A DNA stretch of 64,000 bases, from NCBI GenBank assembly GCA_051294905.1, contig CM119371.1:24306001-24370000 (forward strand). Reading direction: 5' to 3'. The stretch's first letter is position 1, and each line of letters begins with the position of its first letter. Shown here in pieces: positions 38,805-52,017 of the stretch. This stretch comes from Botryllus schlosseri. Lineage: Eukaryota. The notes under the pieces were generated by a model that had not been told where the DNA came from, did not search any database, and was given only the letters and a program-made list of their open reading frames with translations. A program made the position numbers and the translations under genes.

Positions 38805-39008
38805 GTGGCAAGATAGCGTAGACCTACAACACCAATGGGTTGTGAATTGGAGTCCTACCTAAGTGTTGTAGGTTTACCTATTGGCTTCTGCTCGCCGCAT
38901 CATCCGTGTAAGCGGTGTCTTATAAAAGCCGTAATAAGAATGAGGAAAATTGGCCTGGTGCAAATGACCGTAAGAGTTGTTAAACACCATGAATACCACA
39001 AAAAAAAC
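38805..39008 (+). mobile_element. tRNA-derived SINE, internally deleted
   Basis: GCGGTGTCTTATAAAAGCC, GGCCTGGTGCAAATGACCG, AAACACCATGAATACC. Confidence 0.7.
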
Positions 39009-39070
39009 GACTGCAACGAGATTTAGGCTGAAATTTATGTTTGCTATAGGCGACTTTTCGCTCTCATTAC

Positions 39071-39228
39071 CTGATCTCGTGATATCAGAATCGGTTGGGC
39101 CAATACCGTCCACACTACTGTTTCATAGCATGGCGGTGTTGTCAACGATCTAAAATATCTGTAGTATGTTTCGGAATCGGGTAATAAATTCTGTAGCGCA
39201 GGTCCGTCGGCAATTGCAGCTGTGGAAT
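39071..39228 (-). CDS. Alpha-CA exon (SLTTPPC)
   Basis: ag|..LQNLLPDSETYYRYFRSLTTPPCYETVVWTVLAQPILISRDQ|gtaatg. Confidence 0.92.
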
Positions 39229-40051
39229 CTAATCGGAGAAGAAAATTGCTAAGTTTATTTCCGCAATGAATAGGCCTACATGAAGTAATATGAGTGCGAC
39301 CTCACAAATTCCATTTCTTCTAATTATTATATTTCTTATTCACAGTAAAACTCGTAAATACACAAATATTCCGGGGAGCAACCGGCCCACAAAGCAAAAT
39401 GGCGAGATTGATGTAAATTTTTATCATTTCAATAATACAGTCCTAATGCTATTCCTATGCAATATATGAAGACTGAAGAGGTCAGATTACAGAAATGCGG
39501 TAGATTAAGAATTGGCAAGGGTTGCAGATGTGAATATGACTGAAAATGAAGTCATCATTACAAAAATGATGCTGTGATTTTCGAGTACACGTGTAATTTA
39601 GTCCTGTGGTGCATTCAATGTCTTCGGAAGAATATGTACAGTGCCCAATAAAGTGATATTTTGGATCATGTCGAATCGAACTTTTCCAATATTCTTTTTA
39701 TTAACGATATTATTACTATTAGTATTTTTTTAGTATTTATTAGTATTTTTTATTTTTTTAGTATAGTTTTTTATTACCTTCTGTTATAAGTTATTTCAGA
39801 ACATAATTTAGCTTCCACCATACGGTTCCAAAAAATATATCACATGAAATCAATAACCCGGCAACAGGGACAACCATTTATATAATGAGGGGGTGTCAAA
39901 TAGTCAGAATAGTGGAAGCCGACTTGTGCGTTTCAAATGTTTGTCAGCGAGTAAACGGAAGATATTGCCATACATTATTTTCTTTACATACCGAATACAA
40001 TAAAACAGAGATGAGATGCATATATATACAATACAAAATTACATCTCCGAC

Positions 40052-40213
40052 CTGCTTTAGTCAGCTTTTTAACGCTATCTAATATCCTCTGAATTGCGAA
40101 GTTCGTGGAATCCCCTATATCGAGAAACACGCCGAGTATACTGCAAGGCCGTCAGTCATATTCTTCACCTGCTCCACGGCATCGTATGGCTCTTTAATGT
40201 GAACAATATGCAT
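40052..40213 (-). CDS. Alpha-CA exon (third Zn-ligand His) with a 2-bp insertion
   Basis: cag|MHIVHIKEPYDAVEQVKNMTDGLAV(+TA)LGVFLDIGDSTNFAIQRILDSVKKLTKA|gt. Confidence 0.9.
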
Positions 40214-40580
40214 CTGAAAAATTCCACATAATTTTAAAATCATAGTTAGAGCCCGACCGATTATCGGCTCGCCGATAATATCGAGTCGATATCACGCTTG
40301 GAGAGAAATATCGGTATCGGCCGTTGAAGGTAAAAAAATATCGGCCATTTTCGTGACGTCACAACATGGTGGCAGGGAGTCAGAGAATTCGATAGAAGAC
40401 GTGGGGATGGTAAATTATAAAAAATAAATGGCCATGCTGCACATAGTGCATACTCCATACAGGCAGTACGCGTGCCTATCGGAAAAATATTACGGATTAC
40501 TAACCACCGTTATGCCTCACTGACTTTGTGGGAATCCCCCTGCAGTAATCGATCACCAAAGACAGAGAGCAGCTAGGTGG

Positions 40581-43500
40581 ATAGACACTTACGTGACCTT
40601 TGACACGAACCAATCAGGTTGCAGCAGGATGTAAACAAAGAACCAGGCCGGGCAAGCTTACTATGATCGCTTATGGAAAAAGGTTGAAAAATGAAGGTTT
40701 TTCGCAAAATTACATTGAATTGGGAATAGCTGGCCTTGGTGAACGGTAATAACGTAGAGCTAGTATGTATTTGCAGTGTTCTAACTAATAATAAACATGA
40801 ATGGTGGCAAGCACTCATCAGCATGGTATGTCCAAATGAATGGATTTCTGACAACTTTTCGGATGAAGCAACTATTGCTGTATTATCCTTAGTCCTTAGT
40901 CGTATACTATTGGATTGTCGTACCGAATAGCCATAGATTAATCTTGAGTCAGGATATGTGGGGTATTCATTATGTGGGCTTGGCGTTATATGCGTTCTAT
41001 TTATGGAATCGTATAGAGTACAGTCTACAGTCTGCATCATTATCTAGCAAATAACTGTTACACTGAACACTTGTCTGCATATTCAATGATCAGCAATATG
41101 ATATATGTTAGGCAACATGATCCGTTCCCAGCTGAAATCGTCATTTTTTGTTCTAGCTCATTTCTTGAATCAATCAGGACAAATGCCGGATAACCACTAT
41201 GCTAATAGCCTGTGTAACTTGGAGATCGCTACCCAGAGCGTTCCTGGTGTGCGCTTGTACCTTTCCCAGAGCCAATAACATGCATTGAAGAATGTAAAAT
41301 CTGGATAAATTAAGGCATGTGGACTTCCTTGTAGTCATCTGAATTCTCATTTTATTATTAAAATGACATATCTATTATTGTACCAAAAATATTGAATCGT
41401 GACATAATTTAGATGAAACAATTCTGTGTTTCAAAATGAGTCCAATCTGAAATGCAGTCACACTTGATGCCACAATCGACTTGGTGTGTGTCTCGTTTTA
41501 TTCCACTCCAGTTTTGTTGCTTGATGGTGTGTAATGTAATGGATTGAAATTGTTGAGAGCAATATATTCAATAATGAGATGAATAGTTGAAATTGGTAGC
41601 GGTGATACGTTGCATGAGTCGAACGAGTATGCCTTGATAGGTGCCTGCACAGCAGTGTTGCTCTGTAAAATAAACATATTATATATTTTGTGCAGGTTTG
41701 ATGGATATCTTTTATGAAGCTGCAGAAAGAGGAAGTCGATGGATAAAACGCAAGAAAATCAAATTTCTGGAAGAAGTAGAAGCACAAAACAGGAAACTCG
41801 TCCAGGAAAATTACAAATTGAAGGGCAATTATTGCTAGTGAAGTTCAGTTCTCAGAGGAGCATCATAATGTCAAAAGATGCTGAGAAGCTGAAATTTTAT
41901 GCTAGACTACATTAAATTCTTTCTGAATTGCCCGACTTATCCCACTGACGTCAAATTTATAGTATTGCTGTAAGCATAGTATTAAACCATTGGGTCAACC
42001 GTATGTAACTGCTTCATTAAATTTCGATTTGGCCAGGTAGATATGTGGTTCTTAAAAAGGCACCATTTGCATTCATTCATGATTTCTCAAAACTAGAATG
42101 ATTATTGACTGTCAATAAATCACATATCACTTTGAAAGGATTGATGGATTGTGGTGCACTTACTTTTGTGCAGGAACTGTTCACAGGGACCATTTCAGAT
42201 CGAAATATTAGTGAAATATGTGGATTCGACAAGAAATGTGAGAAAATGATGGAGTTCAGCTATGGTGAACCAGGAAATGCTATCATGACAGAAAAGGGAT
42301 TCACCATTAGTTCTGAAATCAAGAAATTGAATCTAGATTTAAATATTCCTGCACGTGATTTGGCACACCGTCAAATGCCACAACAAGAAAGATGGCGAGA
42401 CAACGTATTCATATTGAACAGCTGATCGGAAGAATCAAGTATAAAATTTTGTCTGGTGTCATACTATGCAGCATTCTGTATCAACTAACCAAATATGGAC
42501 TAATTGCTTACTCTAATTCAAGATTGAAAATTACAAATGACTGACGCAACATATTCGGCAATTGTGCAAATTCAGTTCCATTGTGAATATCGTAATGCCT
42601 AATAGCATGCTACGGATCGTAATTGCGCAGTGCCATGGTCAATGTGTACTGCATGTCTATTCATACTATATTCCAGTGGTGTGCATTGAAGCTCATTTAG
42701 ATGCCCAATTTGTTGAATGAACAATTCTCCAGGTGAAAATGTTCTAGGACTATTTGTGTTTGGTGGAATGTTTTAAACTGAAGATACCAGATACACCAAG
42801 ATCTACCTTGAGGCAGGAGTTGATCGGTTGCGAGTACGGTTGAGAGATTGCTTGTCAATCACGATCGAGCTCACTGATGCTGATGCTGATGCAAATCACA
42901 AGGTAGTCCTTGTAGCTTCAGGTGCTGTATTGTCTTAATCAATGCATATGCATGAGAGCATATATCAGAACCTAATGTGAAAATAAATCATAGTTACAAT
43001 ATCTATTGCAGGAGTTTTTGAAAAAATGTATTTTTCCTTACTTACCCTGTCTTACAAGTGCAAGACGAATCGATAATTGATTTTCTGAGAACGTGTATTT
43101 CCATTGAGTGTGATATCTCACTTTTCCGCAAGTTGCGATAACATTGGCTGTTCACTAGAATATTGCTTCCACAATGAGAGGATTGTCTCCTCAATCTTTG
43201 TCCCTAAGTCGTGTACGTAGCGCTCCATGAAATACTTCGTAGCTTTCTCCGCGGTGTTAGAAGAAGATGCTGTTCCACTCAAATCCAGAAATTCGATAGA
43301 ATCTCCGTAGCTTTCAAGTTTCATATTCAATACACCAAAATTGTGATGTGTGGCAGCAGCTGTATTTTATAGCATATATTTCTGAACATGAGATATGCTT
43401 GAAAATTTCGCTCGAGACCGGGAGCCTATGAAATCGTCAAAATATGCATTACCACAATCCTATAGTATAGTATACAACGATCGTCGTAATGCCTAGTTTG

Positions 43501-44086
43501 TGTTCCTGTAGCCAGTGTAATTGTTTTATCTCGTCTATTCAGGTTACCTACTGTGATCCCACTTAGTTTTTCATCTGTTTCTGATACATTGCGTATATGT
43601 TATATTTTTTGCTTGCAAATGTGTTATATTATGTGATAAGTTTCATATTACAACCATCCTTTCAGGCTGTAGCTGACTTGATGATCTCCCGATCCCTTCG
43701 CTACAGCCTGGTTCTGAATTATACATACTTTGCTTTGTATTTATCTATATGTGTATTATCAATGTTCAATTGTTCATGGACCGAATAAATTCTCTGTCTC
43801 TCTCTCCGAAAAGTTGTCAAAAATCTATGCATTTGGACACAGCACGCTGATGCGTACTTAACACCATTCATGTTCATGCTACACTAAAAGCTGCAACTAC
43901 ATACTAGCTCTACGCTATTACTATTCATTAAGGCCAGTCATCCCCAATTCAACGCAAATTTACTTAAAACCTTCATTTTTCAACCTTTTTCCATAAGAGC
44001 TCATAGTAAGCTTGCCCGGCCTTGTTCTTTGTTTACATCCTGCTGCAACCTGATTGGTTCGTGTCAAAGGTCACGTAAGTGTCTAT
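40581..44086 (+). mobile_element. PIF/Harbinger (ISL2EU-like) element with ~290-bp TIRs, nested in the hAT
   Basis: ATAGACACTTACGTGACCTTTGACACGAACCAATCAGG.. mirrored at ~43803-44086; flanked by TGG/TGG, or AT/AT if the ends are AGACAC/GTGTCT. Confidence 0.85.
42105..42470 (+). pseudogene. DDE_Tnp_4 (ISL2EU/Harbinger-type) transposase relic
   Basis: HITLKGL..GALTFV.ELFTGTISD..GNAIMTEKGFTI..LNIP, then RIHIEQLIGRIK in a shifted frame. Confidence 0.8.
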
Positions 44087-45258
44087 TGGATAGTTTTCTG
44101 CAGAAGATTTCAATCAGTAAGAGAAATGAGAACATCAATCATGCTGGACTGACCCTCGTCATGATAGAGAAAAGCGTCTCGTCGAAACATTTCTCGGAAG
44201 ATAGTGCTATTGGTTCGGTACCAATAGAGCTACCAGCAATGTATGAAGTCGTCTGACTGAGGCCTTCGGGGCCACCATGATAGGAAATATGCGAGCATAG
44301 AGGGCAAGAAAATCAAGCAAACGTGGAGTAAAGCCAATAATTGATACGAAAATTTTTAATTCCATGATGACATAGGCCAATTCTGACAAAAGAGCGTAAA
44401 ATAATTCTGACAAAAGAGCGTAAAATATTGATCAATTGATTGTTTGAATGCTGGTCATGGTCAAGGCCCAAGGGGGATGGGTGGAGCAGTTGCATACGTG
44501 GACAATTTCAGTCGTTTTGCACATTCTCTTCATCTATTTGTTAACGCTGTGCTGAAGGCTCCACTGGAGCCGCTCCAGGTGCACTGCCAGAAGAATATCA
44601 ATAATAATATCAATATTTGGTGAAACCATTGAAGAAAAGATCCCCTGCAAGGGAGCGGTGGAACCGAAATGAAGAAAGATTTCCAATTCTTGCTGTGCCA
44701 CTAACTATGGTACCAAGTGAAAGACTGCTCACTATATTTAGTTCTTTATACATCATTTATGGAAGACCACAGAAGTTCATTCCTTGGAGAAAGAGCCGAG
44801 AAATTGTGCTTCGTGAACTGTAATCTGCAACTGCTGGATTGGTGCTTTTGATATATTTTTATAGCCTCTAGATCATTTATTTCAAGTTCAAGCATATCAA
44901 TGGCTGTAAAGTTGTTGAAATAAATGCTCTGAGTTGTTAAAATTGGGCCTTGAGCTAGATTCCATATCTTTTGAATATCGGCTGAATATATCGGGGTTAT
45001 CGGTGGAGGTACTGGATATCGGTCTTATCGGTATCGGCTCAGAAATCCAATATCGGTCGGGCTCTAATCATAGTAACATAAACACACATAAAATTTGCTA
45101 CATCAATTGTTAAAATAAATGAATGACGCTCATAGTAATTTAGTGATTCGAAAATTTAAGATGCATTTCTGCTAATATGATTTATAATTAATAAAAACAT
45201 TCGTCGAAACAATGGAGAGGTTTGTATTCCAAGTCAGGGTTGACGCAAACACATATAC

Positions 45259-45416
45259 CTCGATCGGGTAATGCTTTCCATTGACCCTATGCTCCGACCC
45301 TTCCACGGTACCCGGGAGGGGCCAGTGAAAATGCAATTGCAACGCGCGGTATCGCTTGGATCCAAATCCTCCGCCGGTAAGTATGTATCTTTTCCCAGGT
45401 GGAAAATTGAGTTGTA
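45259..45416 (-). CDS. Alpha-CA exon (first two Zn-ligand His)
   Basis: cag|VQLNFPPGKRYILTGGGFGSKRYRALQLHFHWPLPGTVEGSEHRVNGKHYPIE|gtatat. Confidence 0.95.
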
Positions 45417-45949
45417 CTGAAGCAAAAAATAGTACATGCTTTTTGATGAGAAAAATTTCATGTGAAGTTTGATGTGAATATCAGGCAAGCAAATAATGTT
45501 TTATTCGGAAAGTATTCGTGTAACATATGTAGCCACATGTCGGACACGAGTAGAATTTCAGAGGTGAGCATCGGGGTTATGACTAAAAAAAAATTTGCCT
45601 GTAGCAGTAATTGATGAACATTTTGGTATAAATTAATAAAATCATAATCATTTTGTTCAAATCGAAAAAAATGTCCCGCACAAACTAACATCAATTTTCG
45701 ACACTGGTCCAAATACGGAAAAAAATTAAAATTCAAAGATAATCTTTGCTACAAATTTAATCTTCAAATATATGTCCTTTTACACTTATTGTAAAGTTCA
45801 GTCATCAATTTGACCTCCCTTTCTGTTATTATGTTAGTGCCAGGGACATCTACGACGGACATATCCGACTTTCAATGGGGTTTTGGGGCACTTTATCGCT
45901 GCAGGACATTCGACCGCAAAGATAGCAGCATATGATCTTTGGTGTATTC

Positions 45950-46350
45950 TAGAGCCCAACCGATATTCGATTTTTGGGTCGATACCGATAAAACCAATAT
46001 CTCACACCTTAGCCGATAACCCCAATACATTCAGCCGATATTTAAAAGAAGTTGGATGTATACATAAGCACATTTTCAAATCTTCAGAGGGCATTTATTT
46101 GAACATCTTTACAGCCATTGTTATACTTGAACATGAAATGAACTAGAAAGGCTGCATCTGGGCACCTGTAAAGTGTAAGCTATATGAAAAGTATCAATAT
46201 TCTCAGTCTAGCGATCAAAGATTATAGTTTTTTGGCTTCCTTCCGCCATGTTGTGACGTCACACGCAAATTGCCGTTAATTTTTCAACTCCAATGGCCGA
46301 TACCGATTATTCTTTCAAAGTGAGATATCGTCTCGACATTATCGACTCTA
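45950..46350. mobile_element. 401-bp MITE related to the 40247-45066 hAT
   Basis: TAGAGCCCAACCGAT ... ATCGACTCTA; flanks GTGTATTC / GTATATTC. Confidence 0.8.
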
Positions 46351-48486
46351 GTATATTCCATACTTAGACATCTGGTTAGAATACCAGTCTTCCTGACACG
46401 TATTTGCGATAAATAAGCATCTCCAGAGTTATTCTCTATCTGGGGAAGTGGAAGTACGCAACGCAACCCTTGAGCACCCTCTCGCATTGCGTAGAGATGG
46501 AAGTTTATGCCATTTGATCATTGGTAATCTATACTATTTCTTTGAAAGAACGGCATGTTCTGCACATGCCATGGATAAACTTAAATTCATCCCTACATCC
46601 TCGGTTTTCTAATATTTTCATCTGAAATTCGTGCTTGGTGGATTGCACCTAGTTTTCGTAGTGTTTTACCACATCATCTCCAAATTTGTAGCTGAGAGTT
46701 GGATTTCTTGAAGACGTTGGATCGAAGAACTCTAATATATGCTTTAAGAATCGATAATATGATGTTAGCAAGGGATATGAAAACCCATGCTCATCATTGC
46801 ATTTCGCAGTTTCGAAAGAACGCCATTCTGCCGTCCAGTATCAACAGATGCTACGGTGTCACATATGATATATGAGATTTTCAAATTTTCCTGTACATCA
46901 TATTCTTCTAAGCGGTTTTCTAGACCGCTGAAAATACCTAGAGTTGTTCTACTTTCGCCTTTTCGAACACCCAGTTTGATTTGTGCCAGACAAATTGAAA
47001 TTATACGATATATACAGTCTACATCTAAAATCGGAATTAATAATTATTTATTAAATATTTAATATTGACTGTAAACAAGAACACGATAGGAATAATTCAA
47101 TCTGGGCGATCAAAAAGTACCAAAGTACTATCTTAAATCTTCGCAATTGGAATTGGGTCAGTTAAATTCAGATCAGTCGATAAATAAATTATATAGTCTG
47201 TATGTACAAAAGAAAGCCTATATCCTCCATACGGTGAAAACTGGAAAAATTTTGTGCGGGAGGTTTTTGTTCAAACATTCTTAACTTTTGTGAGTTTTGA
47301 AATCAGGACACAAAAGCTCATCATTTCGTGACTACAGGACACACAAAATTTTGAATTTTTTTTTTCTAGTCATAACCCTAGTGAGCATAGGCTTCCTGAC
47401 ACGTTGTCTATGACCTATATCGCTTTGGATGGGTGTGATATAAATCCTCAAATACCAAATTCACTAAACCCTGGTACTAACAGTAGAAGATATATGTGAT
47501 GGTGATGGATTCATGTAGCTGTCGTTTAATATTAGCTCTATTATATATCCTGGCCGCGGAAATGTGGAGTAAATGTAAAACTATTACATTACCCAGCACT
47601 TTGCCTCTAAACTAGAGCAACAAGATCTAGTGATCAAAGAATAAAATAAATATTATTGTGTTCGCACTGCTATATATGATTACTGTTAGGGGTATGGTTT
47701 TAGCGGTTTGTAACTGTAATCAATGGTACAATAATGGTATTTTTACCAATTTCATTGTTCTGGAATAAAGTTGTTGCTATAATAAAGACCCAATGAAACG
47801 TCTTATATATGTTGTATATTAACTTCATAATGAAGCATCCAAGGAAAGACTGGGATATGGGTTATAATGTAACATTTGGGTATCATTTCACAGATCCTGC
47901 CTACAAGCGATAGTGAAGTGTCAATACGACCAGCGACCCGATTTGATTTCGACGTGGCTTGTTTTAAAGAGAACTCATACGGTGAATTTTGATTGAACAG
48001 ATGCACATGTAAAATGTATCATAATACCAAAGCATAGCAGTACCAGTACGGAAGCATAGCAACTACCTTGGCTATTTATACGAAGACAGCATATTTTATT
48101 CGTGCGAAATAAGATATTAAAAGAAATAAAATCAATCACACAAATCGATCCATTGACGACGGGCGCAACTATCAAAAGGTATCATACCTTTGTTGGTGTT
48201 CTTAGTTAAAAGTCAGCATCAACAATACAGTCAGTAAATATACGTCTACTTGCTCGTTTTTTTTGGAATGACGCTTAACGACATGCCGTAGTACCAGCAA
48301 GCGGCCAACAGTTATGAACGAGATCTCACCGACAGCGTGATAAATATCATGGGCATGCAGCTCCTCTGGGTTTTAATTTACACCAAGACTCTATATTTCA
48401 GGTGAATGGAGTGAATGAGTAGGTCACGACAAATCTGGGGGTTAATTAAACCAACAAAAAGGTTGAAGAACACTGATATCGAATAC

Positions 48487-48657
48487 CTGAATGGCCATTG
48501 TTGACTACTGATCCGCCGGTTAATGACTGTTCATAGCCTTTTAACCGCAACAACTTTAGAGATGGATCGACCGGTACATTTTTCGTTACTATATCAATTG
48601 GAGACTGATGCTGTCCTCCACACTGAGGATAATCGTGAAACCATTCCGAAGGCGTTA
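48487..48657 (-). CDS. Alpha-CA exon (QSPIDI, NNGHS)
   Basis: tag|TPSEWFHDYPQCGGQHQSPIDIVTKNVPVDPSLKLLRLKGYEQSLTGGSVVNNGHS|gt. Confidence 0.95.
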
Positions 48658-48716
48658 CTAAATGTATGGCATAGTATAAAAACTTTTGTTTGCATAAATC
48701 GATTTCGTGTACTCAC

Positions 48717-48773
48717 GCTCTTCGCCATGGTAGGTCCATTTGCTGCCGATTGCCAGCAGTTGCAGGAAAAGAA
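48717..48773 (-). CDS. Alpha-CA 5' exon (WTY); 5' boundary uncertain, ATG exon not found
   Basis: ttttag|LFLQLLAIGSKWTYHGEE|gtgagt followed by a 59-bp intron. Confidence 0.7.
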
Positions 48774-49418
48774 CTAAAATAGGAACGTGCTAGCAAATAA
48801 TAATGGAAAATATGGACATGTTGATAATGAACAAAGCAGTCGAAACACCATGAATAGGCCTACTTGAAAAAGTACGGTAAGTCACTGTATCCTGGTACAG
48901 AGCTATCAACAAAATGAGCCTCAATTTTCAATTTGTACGTTTGAAGATCTTGAAGAGAATCAAGTTATGGCTTTTAATCAATCAGCCAAAATAACATTTG
49001 AATTGGTTCATTTTAGCTTAGACTCTATTACATTTTAGGAGCGCATTTAAGTGAAGGGCGTTCGCAGACTATTGCGAGAAGAACGTGAATAGTAACAAAA
49101 TCGCACTTCCACGCACAGGAAACGATCATAATGATTAAACTAGATATTTGCCTAAGAGTTTGCCAGAATATACTCAATGCAGAACCGAACAAAATAAACA
49201 CTTGCACAGTATTGCATCTGCTTTTAAAGATTTCCAAACGAGCAAAAGTCGATAATGAAGAATATCACTAACCAAAACGGCTTTAGCGATGGCAACTATT
49301 GGCAACAGCATTCTATCGAGGGAAATTCAGCTAATATGAATGGGCTGGGCATATTGCCTCGTCGTGCAATGGCCCAAACACTGTCAAGACCGATAGACGC
49401 TCAGGAAACGGCTTAGGG

Positions 49419-49646
49419 CGGTGGCTCCCAACCTTTTTCGACTCATCGCCCCTTTTCAAGGTCAACGCCGATCATCGCCAAAAATTTTGTGAACCGAAAA
49501 ATGGGCATACAAACTGTAATCACCGGCGGGTTGACTAAAAAAGAGTCAACTTTTCGGCTCGATGTTGAATTCTACACTTTTCAACAAAAAAATAGTCATT
49601 TCTCCGACTTGACTCCTGGCCATATCGCCCACGTTGGGAACCACTG
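49419..49646. mobile_element. hAT MITE
   Basis: CGGTGGCTCCCAAC / GTTGGGAACCACTG; flanks GCTTAGGG / GCTTTGGG. Confidence 0.8.
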
Positions 49647-50242
49647 GCTTTGGGCGTCATAAAATCAAGCTTTATGTGGAGTTGGTCATTCATCTATAGT
49701 TACGTCTCTCACTAGCCCCAATATCGATTCCATAGTCGCTGAAAAGCGTTGCCAGATATCGTGCACAGCTCAGACTTCAGAATAAAATGAAATTTATATC
49801 ATGATTTTTGTAGTATTTGTATTCCCTTGATAAATTATTATTTCTTTTGTGGGAACTATATGCACATCGTCTGTAAGATAACACTGCGCTGTATTAACAT
49901 GAAGTTTCAAATTGTGGTTTCTAAGTTGTGTAGCTTATGTTACATCGATATTGAATTCATGCGGCCCGCGACCGCTACGAAATTTATAAAGTGGCCCGCG
50001 ACCCTTTTTGAGTTGGAGACCCCTGGAATAGATCGTATTTATTGAATGTATTTTAACAGCAGCAATGTCATTTCAAAGCCAATCTCGTCGATAATAACGA
50101 AGACAATATGGATTTGAGAACAGCATCGTCATACAGGCGCCGACATTACTACAACACACGGTGCAAGATTTCAAGGCGTTCAATAAGCCAGGTAACCAAA
50201 ATTTACCAAGTAATATATTCATTTCATCTTTAGTGTTGAGTA

Positions 50243-50513
50243 GGTAGCAAGATGGCGTAGTGGCATAATCCACAGCTACAACACCAGTGGGTTGTGGGCT
50301 CGAGTCTGACCTAGGTCGCATCAAGAATTCCTACCTAACTGGTGAAGGTTTATCCAGGCTTCTCGTCATTTCATCTGTATAAGATAAGCGGTGCCTTACA
50401 GAAGCCTAAAAGTGTGCCGTGCTACAAGTCGGCGGTTACGGAATCAAAAATAAGAAATATAGGCCTGGCGTAAATGACCGTTGTAGTCGACAAACACCAT
50501 GATTACCGCAAAC
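50243..50513 (+). mobile_element. Near full-length tRNA-derived SINE
   Basis: A-box TGGCGTAGTGG, B-box-like GGCTCGAGTC, family body and 3' end. Confidence 0.8.
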
Positions 50514-52017
50514 TACATTAGGATTGAGGAGATCGTAAATGCCGATAAAGCCAAGTCTTCTCGCTTCGACGAACTTACGCGTAAGCTCCACTCTAGCACG
50601 CTGCGCGCACACGTATTTAATGCATATAGTCACTAAAATTTGACGTTGTAAGCAAGTAGTGGGGAATATCGGCATACTGGGGCAGCGGGTCACATTATCA
50701 TGGAAGCCGGGAAACTGTCCCCGTGGGCCGGACAAAACTTCGTGAAGGGCCGGAGCCGCGGTCCGTATGTTCTCTGTCACTGGTATATATAGACTACCGA
50801 TGTAGTATAAGTTTAAAGTTTCCGTCATGATTCAAGGCAAGTGAAACCATTTCCTAATTTATATTTGGTTTACTAAACAGTGGAGTAGTGAGGCTATTCT
50901 GCTCAACATACCCCACGTGATGCATTATTCGCAGTCAGTGACGAAGCATAATATTCGCAGCATCAGAAATCTTGTCTGCTTCATAAACTGTCGCAATACA
51001 AGAGGGAATTGTGATGTTGTGTAATCAATCATTTGACTAAGTTGTACATTGCGCATATAGACCAGAGAAGAACAACATATATTGCCCTCACCCAGTATCC
51101 GATCTGTGACAAAATTTTATACGCCACAGAACGAATCCCAGTTTCCCAACCTGAGGAAAGATAGTTATGAAACCACTCGTTCTCTTCCAGTCTACATATA
51201 CATTTGCGAGCACACATTTTCGACCATGAAAATTAACCAGACAAGCCTGCGTTTATAATCACGTGTAGTCATTACTAAGGGTTGCTACATCCGACATGCA
51301 GCCCGAGCTCAAAGAACTTGTTGGCAACTTTTATCGACCATATACGTGTGATTGACGTATCGGAAGCACCAAAATCGGAGCTGAAAACAGAATACAGGAC
51401 TATTCCATCCAACCAAAAACACATATAGTGCACCCAAGTGTCAGTTTATGCGATATGTAGGATAGGATGATTCGCAAAAACTACTTCACGCGCGCAAGCA
51501 AACGATATCACGTAAGAAGGCTACACAACTTTCTATGGCTATACCTACACTAGACACTGTTACGTGGGGCAGGAAGTATATCGAAATCCATGCACAATAT
51601 GTCAATAATAACTCAAACCCGCGTTTCTGTTCTGTCAACGGGCAGACCTCGACGTAGAAAGGCGACAGACCTGTATGCACGTAGCTGCCATCTATACTTC
51701 AATTCTTGCTCCGTGTTTCGAGTCCAGTCGGACTAACTAGATGGCTGAAGTGTCCGGGTTTATATATATTATATATATAAACAAACAGAAGTTTCCTGCA
51801 TAACAGTCTTTTACCAATACCCACGCTCCGTCCATCCGTGGTGCGTGACTGGTTACTTTTCACTTTGTTTTAATTAAATGTCCATGCGTGTTTTACCGTT
51901 ACTCAGTTGATTATTATTTACTTCGTGTCCGCCAACTGTTTTGCGCGTGAATATTCCGTGAATAGGAATGCTTGAAGTTTTCGCGTGCATGTCGTTCTCG
52001 ATACAATGTGTCATGAT

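Larger units (their letters stand above)
40247..45066 (+). mobile_element. Defective hAT (Ac-type) element in a CA intron
   Basis: TIR TAGAGCCCGACCGAT / ATCGGTCGGGCTCTA; perfect TSD ATCATAGT; (ATCGG)n arrays; dimerisation-domain relic WNRNEERFPILAVPLTMVPSERL at ~44650-44730. Confidence 0.9.
35575..48773 (-). pseudogene. Alpha-carbonic anhydrase gene, secreted/membrane type, apparently disrupted; exons 48773-48717, 48657-48487, 45416-45259, 40213-40052, 39228-39071, 35856-35575
   Basis: GT-AG junctions, phase-consistent once the extra 2 bp in exon 40213-40052 is discounted; WTY, CGG.HQSPIDI, NNGHS, QLHFHW, GSEH, EMHIVH, GLAV.LGVF, SLTTPPC.E.V.WTV, NFRP.Q..NGR.V. Confidence 0.9.

Noticed and set aside
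40573..41040. 155-aa ORF, and similarly 20396-20875, 55847-56302 and 14013-14432
   Set aside because: They overlap TE termini or internal sequence and show no protein motifs; likely chance ORFs
51878..51955. Signal-peptide first exon for CA (QLIIIYFVSANCFA|gtgaat)
   Set aside because: No in-frame ATG and a weak donor site
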